From Bryobacteraceae bacterium (lineage in GTDB: Bacteria; Acidobacteriota; Terriglobia; Bryobacterales; Bryobacteraceae): a DNA stretch of 64,000 nucleotides. A program made the translations under genes and the position numbers. The stretch spans positions 2,626 through 66,625 of the forward strand of contig JBKBWD010000021.1 of NCBI GenBank assembly GCA_046289265.1. Reading direction: 5' to 3'. The first letter of the stretch is position 1; every line of letters starts with the position of its first letter. Of the stretch, positions 57,681-64,000 are shown piece after piece. The notes under the pieces are model-generated. The model did no database searches. It worked only from the letters and a program-made list of their open reading frames with translations, and had not been told where the DNA came from.

Positions 57681-58061
57681 CTATTGGTGCGCTGAGAACT
57701 GCGGCTGCGGCGGATTCAGTGTCACTTCGATCGTCTTCTCTTCCTCATCGATCTCGAAGGTCTGCCCGAAGGTCTGGTAGTTCTTGGCGATCACCTGCAC
57801 CAGGAGTTTCCCCTGCGGCAGGGCCGGGATCTTGGCGACCCCTTCCTGGTTGGTCTTCATCTGCCACTGGGTGATGGTCTTCTTGCCAAGCTTGACGACG
57901 GATCTGCCCTCGACGAAGCGCACAATGACGCTGGCGCGGTCGACCGGCTTGTCGTTCCGGTCCCTGACCTCCACCTGGATCTTGGTCATCGGCGTCTGCG
58001 CCCGCGCGACCGGAATCGCAAACAGGGCAATTACCAGGACGAATGCCGTTCGGCGCTGCAT
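57681..58061 (-). CDS. small secreted carboxypeptidase-regulatory-like (beta-sandwich) domain protein
   Basis: Signal peptide (FVLVIALFAIPVARAQ). The pattern of a single ~85-aa CarboxypepD_reg-like domain is IQVEVRDRNDKPVDRASVIV...TNQEGVAKIPALPQGKLLVQV. Confidence 0.5.
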   Translation of the reverse strand: MQRRTAFVLVIALFAIPVARAQTPMTKIQVEVRDRNDKPVDRASVIVRFVEGRSVVKLGKKTITQWQMKTNQEGVAKIPALPQGKLLVQVIAKNYQTFGQTFEIDEEEKTIEVTLNPPQPQFSAHQ

Positions 58062-58105
58062 ACACTGATTATCTCAGAACTGCGCACGATGTGAAGCCGG
58101 TCCGG

Positions 58106-59488
58106 CTAACGGACGGCTTCGAGCACCAGCACCCAGTCATTGCCGGGCTTCTCGCCGCCGGGCGGCTCGAAGGCGCGCTGGCCGGTGTTTTCGAACTCTC
58201 CAATGGCCGTTGAGGCGCCGGTGCGCGGATCGAACCAGGCTGCGCGCACGCGCTCGGCCTTGATTTTGCCCAGCCGGATTTCGAGCTTGCGGCCGGTCGG
58301 GGTGTAGACCAGACCGAAACCGTCGCCGCGCAGCGCCACGCACATCTCCCAGGGAAGCGCCTGCTCGAAGGCGAGCATCCCGAGGTCGGGCGTCTGCGTC
58401 GGAAACGGGCGCGATTCGATGAGGCGGCGCAGGTGGCCCATCTGGACGGCGCTCGGGACATCCAGCGCTTCGTACCAATATTCCTTTGGATTGGCGATTC
58501 CGGGGTACTTCGGCGAGTGCATCTGCCAGATGCTGTGATGGCCGTAGGTGTGGCCGGCCGCACCGCTGAAAACCGCCCAGTAGCCGGCACGCCGCGCATC
58601 GTCGTGCGTGGCCATCGTCGCGGGGCGCCCGTGGCGGAAGCCGGGGTAGCTCGATTCAAGATCGATGACCGGAATCGTCGGCTTCATCGTATAGGCATGC
58701 TCCACCAGCATCCAGTTCAGCGCCCAGCGGCCGTGGCCGGACTGGAGCGCGTGGAAGTCCATCCACGGCTCATTGTTCAGAAACCACGCGCTGCTGCCGG
58801 GGCCGCTGGTGTGGTAGGTCATCAGCGACGTGCTGTAGTCCTCCTTGCCGGTCAGCCCGATCGCGATGCCCCTGGCCATGGCCCGCCAGATGGCGCGGGA
58901 TTCGTCGGTCGGGGCGGCGCGGTCGCCTCCGAAGATCCAGGCAATGTTGGTGTGCGAGCGGAAGCGCTCTCCGAGAAAGCGGCCGTAGGCTTCGGCATTC
59001 GCGGGCGTGAAGAAGCCGTCGACCAGGCCGTTCTGCCAGTTCGATGTGACGTAGCGGCCCCAGGCCGGCAGCAGCCCGACGTAGAGATTGTGCTGCTCGG
59101 CGATCCGCAGCACGCGTTCGACGTCGTCCCAGTAGTCATTATCCGGACCCTCCTTTACGATCGGCTTGTCCGGCCGATTGGGCTCGATGGGGAGGCGCCC
59201 AAAGGCGTTCGGTTGCTCGAAACGATGCTCGGCCAGGATGACGGTCTGGATCACGTTGAACCCCAGATCCCGGCGATTGGCCATGTAGCGCCGGATTTCG
59301 GCCTCATCGAGGTCATGAATGAGCTGCCAGGCAGTGTCCGCGAGCCAGAAGAAGGGTTCGCCCTTGGCGTTGACCAGAAAGCGGCCGTTGTTGCTCACGC
59401 GCAGAGGACTGAGCTGTGCGCCGGCGGTCGATGCCACCAGAAGCAAGGCGAGTTGGACCAGGTAAAATCGCAATAGAATTCCGCTCAT
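58106..59488 (-). CDS. secreted DUF4038 / glycoside hydrolase family 140-like protein
   Basis: Signal peptide. The PFFWLADTAWQLIHDL motif and TIM-barrel-like layout are characteristic of the DUF4038 family. Confidence 0.65.
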   Translation of the reverse strand: MSGILLRFYLVQLALLLVASTAGAQLSPLRVSNNGRFLVNAKGEPFFWLADTAWQLIHDLDEAEIRRYMANRRDLGFNVIQTVILAEHRFEQPNAFGRLPIEPNRPDKPIVKEGPDNDYWDDVERVLRIAEQHNLYVGLLPAWGRYVTSNWQNGLVDGFFTPANAEAYGRFLGERFRSHTNIAWIFGGDRAAPTDESRAIWRAMARGIAIGLTGKEDYSTSLMTYHTSGPGSSAWFLNNEPWMDFHALQSGHGRWALNWMLVEHAYTMKPTIPVIDLESSYPGFRHGRPATMATHDDARRAGYWAVFSGAAGHTYGHHSIWQMHSPKYPGIANPKEYWYEALDVPSAVQMGHLRRLIESRPFPTQTPDLGMLAFEQALPWEMCVALRGDGFGLVYTPTGRKLEIRLGKIKAERVRAAWFDPRTGASTAIGEFENTGQRAFEPPGGEKPGNDWVLVLEAVR

Positions 59489-59566
59489 TCGGTATGGTCA
59501 GTATACCAAAATGGCCGGGTGGAACCTGTTCTGATCTAAACGCGTCTCGAAGCCGGAGAGGCCATC

Positions 59567-60322
59567 GTGAAACTCTACTTTGCGGTTCTGATCGCTGCGC
59601 CGTTGCTTGCGCAACCAATGGCTCCTGATCCTATAAGCAAAGAACGCGCGCTGGGGAAGGCATTGGCGGCCGAGCACCGGAGGATGGCGCCCCCGGTCGA
59701 CCTGCCCGCCGTTCAGGGTTACGTTTCGAGAATCGGCGGCCGGCTGACGTCGTTCTTGCCGGAACTGCCGCATCCCTACCGGTTCGAGGTGGTCCGGTCG
59801 GATTCCGCCGAGCCGGCGGCCCTGCCCGGCGGCTATGTGCTTGTCCCGGATTCGCTGCTTGTTGCCGTGCAGAGCGAGGATGAGCTGGCTGGAGCGCTGG
59901 CGCATGCCGTGAGCCACATCGCCGGGCGGTTCGGAGTCGGGTCGGGGCCGGCCGGCAACCTGGTATTCATGGGTGGGCACGGCGGGTTGCACGCGGACGT
60001 TCGGAACCCGAGCCTGACTTCGGTGGGCTTTCGATCGAGGCGGCATGAGGCTGAAGTCGAGGCGGACCGGATGGGGGTCCGGCTGGCGGCCGAGGCCGGC
60101 TTCGACCCCGCGGCGCTCCGCCGGTATCTCGACCGCGTTCGCCCGGTGGCCGCGGGAATCGAGATCCGGGAGGCGCGTCTGGCCGCTCTGGACGAGGCTG
60201 TGCGCGGACTGCCTTCGGTAGCCCCGTCGGCTCCAGAGGAATTCCTTTGGGCGCAGGAGGCCTTGCACTCGACTCGCGATAAAGCGCAGGCCCGCCCGGC
60301 CCCGACGTTGCGCCGTCGATGA
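59567..60322 (+). CDS. M48-like peptidase homolog lacking the catalytic Glu (HAVSH instead of HExxH)
   Basis: Signal peptide. ELAGALAHAVSHIAGRF aligns with the M48 motif ELAGVLAHE(I/L)GH. The downstream RRHEAEVEADRMGVRLAAEAGFDP segment matches the third-ligand region. Confidence 0.6.
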   Translation: MKLYFAVLIAAPLLAQPMAPDPISKERALGKALAAEHRRMAPPVDLPAVQGYVSRIGGRLTSFLPELPHPYRFEVVRSDSAEPAALPGGYVLVPDSLLVAVQSEDELAGALAHAVSHIAGRFGVGSGPAGNLVFMGGHGGLHADVRNPSLTSVGFRSRRHEAEVEADRMGVRLAAEAGFDPAALRRYLDRVRPVAAGIEIREARLAALDEAVRGLPSVAPSAPEEFLWAQEALHSTRDKAQARPAPTLRRR

Positions 60323-60348
60323 CTACCGAATCGTTTTGAAGCCGGCCT

Positions 60349-61344
60349 TCACCGGATCGAGATTTTGACCGGCTTGCTCGAGACTGCCCCGATGGTGAAG
60401 ACCAGGTCGTGGTCTCCCGGCGGCAGATTGGGGATTACGACATTGGCCTGCGCCAGCCCGATAAATCCTGGGGACAAGCCCAGGTAATGCATCGGCGCGT
60501 TCTGTCCTCCGATAGTGGCCGAGACGTCCGTCTTGGGCCGAGAGAGCGGGTCACCGGGCGCGATCACTCCGGTTGGCACCGGATTGTCCAACTCCCCGAT
60601 CCCGCTCATGTAGACCACCACCACATCGCCTACGGCGGCGGGCGCCTGCGGACCGTTGATGCTTCCATCGAGATTCTGCGCCATCGCTCGTCCGCCGTCG
60701 TATTCGAAGACGCCGGGCGAGGTGGCCAACAGGTTGACGGGGATCGGCGGGGTCACGCCACCCGCCGTGAAGACGCGCAGGTAGCCGGTCTCCCCTGTGC
60801 GGACCGCGAACGGCGCCTGCGCGTTAATCTGGCTCGGGTTCATGTAGAAGACGGGCGCGGGGTGGCCGTCGAGACAAACCGCGGTGTTCCCGAGCCAGAC
60901 CGGCCATGGCGCTCCCGACGCGGCGGTTTCGGCTGCCGCGAGCCGCTCGCCGAAGATGGAGAAGAGCACGCCGGGACCGATCTTCTGCTCGAAGCTGCCG
61001 GCGTGGACGATGCCATTACCGGGTGCTGCCGGCGGGTTCGGCGGGCCCTGGAAAACCAGCACTTGGCGCAGCCGGAGGCTGCCGACCCACAGCAGCCGGT
61101 TGCCGCGCACCAGGAGTTCGGCCGGACTGGGGATCGGGGCCCATTCGGCCACCGAACACTGGCCCGGCGTGCCGGCCATCGTGTTGCCGATCACCGTTTC
61201 GACAATCCCGTCGGTCCTGACTCTGCGGATCCGAAGGCCGCCGTCATCAGTGAAGTAGATCACCCCGTTCTCGTCGATGGCGAGCTGTTCCGGCGACCGC
61301 AGCCTCGCGAGCGGGGCCGGGCCGTTGTCATCCAGAGCTCCCAT
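60349..61344 (-). CDS. NHL-repeat + Solibacter-type uncharacterized C-terminal domain protein (probably the 3' part of a frameshifted gene)
   Basis: NHL-like unit LDDNGPAPLARLRSPEQLAIDENGVIYFTDDGGLRIRRV. The C-terminal ~200 aa have the pattern VHAGSF...GPGVLFSIFGERLA...PVFYMNPSQINAQAP...PGVF...VVVYMSGIG...TIGGQNAPMHYLGLSPGFIGLAQANVVIP, typical of the TIGR03437-type domain (recalled from memory). This ORF has no signal peptide. Confidence 0.6.
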   Translation of the reverse strand: MGALDDNGPAPLARLRSPEQLAIDENGVIYFTDDGGLRIRRVRTDGIVETVIGNTMAGTPGQCSVAEWAPIPSPAELLVRGNRLLWVGSLRLRQVLVFQGPPNPPAAPGNGIVHAGSFEQKIGPGVLFSIFGERLAAAETAASGAPWPVWLGNTAVCLDGHPAPVFYMNPSQINAQAPFAVRTGETGYLRVFTAGGVTPPIPVNLLATSPGVFEYDGGRAMAQNLDGSINGPQAPAAVGDVVVVYMSGIGELDNPVPTGVIAPGDPLSRPKTDVSATIGGQNAPMHYLGLSPGFIGLAQANVVIPNLPPGDHDLVFTIGAVSSKPVKISIR

Positions 61345-61772
61345 TGCGAACTGCTCACCTGGATGTGCGCGTAGACGCTCGTTCCGATGGCGTCGATGTG
61401 GGTGACACGATAGCCCTCGTCCATCGGCAGGTCCTGCGAGATGTTCTGCCAGGTCGCTCCGCTATCCATGCTCTTCCAGAGAATGCCGCCCGCGGCCGGC
61501 TCGCCGCCGGCATACATCGTGCTGGCGCTCTGCGGCGCGAAGGTAAAAGCACGCAGCGCCGGCGGCTGCGTGTTCTTCGGGAGAACAGCGAGCTGCGTCC
61601 AGGTGGCGCCGCCGTCAGTTGAGCGGAGCAGACCCAGCGAGGGCAGGACGTAGATCGTGGTTGACGCGTTCGGCGCAATCTGAATGTCGCGAATCGGAGC
61701 TTCCAGCGGGACTTGCGACAACATCAGCGAGCAATGGGCGAGAATGAGGACGAGTACTCGAAGCGTAGACAT
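61260..61772 (-). CDS. signal peptide + BNR/Asp-box repeat fragment (probably the 5' part of the same frameshifted gene)
   Basis: Signal peptide MSTLRVLVLILAHCSLMLSQ and two Asp-box motifs (STDGGATW, SMDSGATW). The last ~25 aa are non-homologous read-through overlapping the next ORF by 85 nt. Confidence 0.5.
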   Translation of the reverse strand: MSTLRVLVLILAHCSLMLSQVPLEAPIRDIQIAPNASTTIYVLPSLGLLRSTDGGATWTQLAVLPKNTQPPALRAFTFAPQSASTMYAGGEPAAGGILWKSMDSGATWQNISQDLPMDEGYRVTHIDAIGTSVYAHIQVSSSQWELWMTTARPRSRGCGRRNSSPSTRTG

Positions 61773-61882
61773 TCATACATAGTATCGAGTACGGCAAACC
61801 GGCCAACTTAACAGCCCGCGACAGAGGTCCCGCAGGCCACGCGACTTCTGCCACGGGGATGTCAAAGTCTTCAACGCGTCAA

Positions 61883-62281
61883 TCAGGCCTTCGGCCAGCA
61901 GGCACGGCCCGGGAAGCTCCAGCGGTGTCGTGAAATCCAGTCGTAGGCACGTTCGCCCGGAGCATTCGCCAGCGGCGACAGGAATGCCAGGAGCAGCGGC
62001 AGCGCAATCTGCGGCCTTCGGCTTACCGCGCAGGCGGCGGCTGCCCATGCTGCGGGCAGGCGAAGCAGGATCTGGCGCACCACTTCGAACCCGGACCACC
62101 GGCGGTCGCCGGCAACCATGTAGATTCGCTGGCGGAGTTCATCGCGGGGGATGCCGAAACGCTCTGCCGACGGCTCTTGCAGCGCCATCCATTCCATCGC
62201 GCCGAAAGCGTCGAGCGCAGCGAAAAGATCCCGGACGCGGCAGCAGAATGCGCATTCGGCATCGTAGAGGACGGTGGCCAT
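61883..62281 (-). CDS. DCC-family thiol-disulfide oxidoreductase (DUF393)
   Basis: VLYDAECAFCCR N-terminal D-x-x-C-x-x-C motif; 132 aa. Confidence 0.8.
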   Translation of the reverse strand: MATVLYDAECAFCCRVRDLFAALDAFGAMEWMALQEPSAERFGIPRDELRQRIYMVAGDRRWSGFEVVRQILLRLPAAWAAAACAVSRRPQIALPLLLAFLSPLANAPGERAYDWISRHRWSFPGRACWPKA

Positions 62282-62319
62282 AGGGGGCCTCCTATCCCAA
62301 TGCTAACCCGTGCGCCTGC

Positions 62320-63648
62320 TTACGCGATATCGGGCAGCAGGAAGCGTTGCGGCGTGCCGGCTGCCGCGCACACGGCTTCCGCCGCGAGATAGCCGCTGCG
62401 CACCGCCCCCTCCATGGTCGCGGGCCAGCCCGAGCGCGTCCAGTCGCCCGCCAGGAAGAGGTTTGGTATGGCGGTTTTGGTTCCGGGACGGAGCCCTTCC
62501 AGCCCGGTTGTGGCCGAGAAAGTCGCCCGGACCTCCTTGATGACATGCGCCTTCTCCAGCCTGGCATCACGGACGCGCGGGAGAAACTCAGGCAACTCCC
62601 GCAGCGCCAGAGCGATCACTTCGGCGCGGGGCATCTCAACCAGTCCGCGCGAGGCGCTGACGACCAGTTGCAGATACCGGCCCTCGCCCTTGTTGAAGAA
62701 CCACTGGATCGTCCGGTCTAGAAGGGTGCCGTGGGGCAGGCCGGTCACCGGCCGGTCGAACCAGAGATGGATGCCGGTGATCGGGGAGTGCTCGAAACGG
62801 CTGTAGTCGACACCGAGGCCGGGAGCCAGCGGAGCGAGCCGCTCGAAAGGCAGGGAGGAGATGTAACAATCCGCCGTGATCGTCTCGCCGTTCACTATCA
62901 CGCCCGCAACGCAGCCGTTCTCGATGACCATGCGCTCGACCGGCGATCGCAGCGAGAGCGTGACATTCGGTAGGCGTTTCCAGGCGTCGGCGCTGTAAAG
63001 CTCTCCGAGCGGCGTCGCCGGGATCCCCATCTCGTAGGAATCCGGCCGCGCCAAAAAGCCCAGCCAGAAGACCTGAAACCCGTGCAGCGCCGACATGCGG
63101 TCCAGCTCTTCGTTGATCGCGCTCACCAGTATCTGACGCCAGAAGCGCTCGACCACGCGCGCGGGCTGGCGCTTTTCTTCGAGCCATTGGGCCATCGTGA
63201 TCGAGTCAAGGTCGGTTCGGCTGCCGCGTTCCCGGCGCATCGCGTTGAGCGCCCGTGTGAGGGCGAGTTTTTCCGAAAGGCCGAGGAACGAAAGACCCAG
63301 AAACGATCCGGTGAAGTGGGCGGGCGCCGGCAGGAACCCTGCCTCCAGCACGGATGTCCGGCCGCCCGGCTCGATGAAGTAGAACTTGCGGTGAAACTCG
63401 ATGCGCTCGGTCACGCCCATTCGAGTGTAGAAATCGAGCAGGTTGACACAGCAGCGCAGCAGGATGTGCTGGCAGTTGTCGATCACCTCGGGGCGTTCGT
63501 CGCCGGAAGGGGGCAGAGGGAAGGAGGTCGCGCGGCCTCCGAGGAAGGGCTTGGCCTCGAGGATGCGCACGCGGTAGCCCGTTCCGCCGAGCGCCGCCGC
63601 GGCTGCCATCCCTGCCAGGCCGCCGCCCAGCACGCAGATATCACGCAT
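62320..63648 (-). CDS. hpnE: hydroxysqualene dehydroxylase / squalene-associated FAD-dependent desaturase
   Basis: FAD fold ICVLGGGLAGMAAA, LGGRATSF, DNCQHILLRCCVNLLDFY and C-terminal FLAGDWT are typical of the HpnE/phytoene-desaturase-like family. Confidence 0.7.
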   Translation of the reverse strand: MRDICVLGGGLAGMAAAAALGGTGYRVRILEAKPFLGGRATSFPLPPSGDERPEVIDNCQHILLRCCVNLLDFYTRMGVTERIEFHRKFYFIEPGGRTSVLEAGFLPAPAHFTGSFLGLSFLGLSEKLALTRALNAMRRERGSRTDLDSITMAQWLEEKRQPARVVERFWRQILVSAINEELDRMSALHGFQVFWLGFLARPDSYEMGIPATPLGELYSADAWKRLPNVTLSLRSPVERMVIENGCVAGVIVNGETITADCYISSLPFERLAPLAPGLGVDYSRFEHSPITGIHLWFDRPVTGLPHGTLLDRTIQWFFNKGEGRYLQLVVSASRGLVEMPRAEVIALALRELPEFLPRVRDARLEKAHVIKEVRATFSATTGLEGLRPGTKTAIPNLFLAGDWTRSGWPATMEGAVRSGYLAAEAVCAAAGTPQRFLLPDIA

Positions 63649-63814
63649 TTACTGAACGGGAACGCGAGCCCGACGGCCGCCGCCGCCGTTGCTATCGCCC
63701 CAATGGATCGCAAGCCAGCAGGCAATGCCCAGGAAGGCGACGTAGATGAGGTCGGAAAAATCCATGAAGGTTGATTTCAGTATGACTCTTCCTCCTGATG
63801 GCGGCAATAGGTAA

Positions 63815-64000
63815 TCATTCCCAGTACTTGTAAAAGAATCCGGTAGCAAACCCTAGAATCGTCCCAATCACAGGAAAAACCGCCGTCGCCAGCAGGAAGC
63901 GCGTGAGCCAAAACCAGCCGGCCGGCCGGAAGGCGACGGCGGCCTGAGCCGCCAGAATCGTCCCGACGATGGCGGCGCCGCCGGCAGTCCCGATCTCGCA
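63815..64000 (-). CDS. membrane protein, C-terminal fragment (gene runs off window)
   Basis: Minus-strand reading gives ...GTAGGAAIVGTILAAQAAVAFRPAGWFWLTRFLLATAVFPVIGTILGFATGFFYKYWE*, open to the window edge. Confidence 0.3.
   Translation of the reverse strand, partial: CEIGTAGGAAIVGTILAAQAAVAFRPAGWFWLTRFLLATAVFPVIGTILGFATGFFYKYWE

Noticed and set aside
63649-63849. 66-aa minus-strand ORF upstream of hpnE.
   Set aside because: Its 5' part overlaps the better-supported C-terminus of the membrane protein ending at 63815. Only a ~38-aa hydrophobic peptide from the internal ATG (63765) could be real, and it has no visible ribosome-binding site.
1-64000. Search for CRISPR arrays, tRNA/rRNA genes, IS elements, integrases, prophage or toxin-antitoxin/defence cassettes.
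   Set aside because: There are no regularly spaced direct repeats. No intergenic gap has tRNA-like features, and most gaps are <150 nt. No transposase, integrase or phage-like ORFs were recognised. The only accessory-looking DNA is the small islet at 12.2-12.9 kb and the decay zone at 42.1-44.1 kb.

Overview
Visibly GC-rich bacterial chromosomal segment with about 55 densely packed protein-coding genes and many 4-nt ATGA start/stop overlaps. I recognised no rRNA, tRNA, CRISPR array, transposase or integrase. The protein families present suggest an Acidobacteriota (Solibacter/Bryobacter-like) genome, which is inference only. These include a Solibacter-type uncharacterized C-terminal domain, CarboxypepD_reg / TonB-dependent-receptor remnants, an exosortase and many Tat/Sec-exported hydrolases.

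Gene blocks:
- (1) 1-12.2 kb: housekeeping and miscellaneous genes. These are a TPR protein, DJ-1/PfpI, an SPL-like radical SAM, an ALDH7-type dehydrogenase, a sigma-region-4/ZAS fusion, an M14 peptidase, ftsK, uppP and pyk.
- (2) 12.2-12.9 kb: a small lower-GC islet with an orphan ORF and a GxxExxY-family remnant.
- (3) 12.9-19.7 kb: a 2,257-aa ORF fusing a TamB-like protein to a POTRA/Omp85 barrel.
- (4) 19.7-21.1 kb: an iduronate-2-sulfatase-like gene whose reading frame contains an in-frame TGA exactly where a conserved Cys is expected.
- (5) 21.2-25.2 kb: a translationally coupled secreted S55-peptidase / beta-propeller pair.
- (6) 25.3-32.7 kb: an exosortase, a Zn-metalloprotease and four glycosyltransferases.
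- (7) 34.2-40.5 kb: ABC importer genes, then a radical SAM/SPASM-like enzyme, then a second Tat-sulfatase.
- (8) 42.1-44.1 kb: a decay zone with a frameshifted TonB-dependent receptor fragment abutting a frameshifted TPR fragment.
- (9) 44.1-53.5 kb: a long co-directional string, rimP-nusA-infB-DUF503-rbfA-apbE-hemE-hemY, with a promoter plus leader terminator in front of rimP.
- (10) 53.7-64 kb: assorted metabolic and secreted proteins and hpnE.

The most unusual items are the TamB-Omp85 fusion, the TGA-interrupted sulfatase, the ABC-rSAM-sulfatase arrangement and the single-chain sigma4/ZAS protein. All functional calls come from reading motifs in the translated ORFs. No database search was possible.
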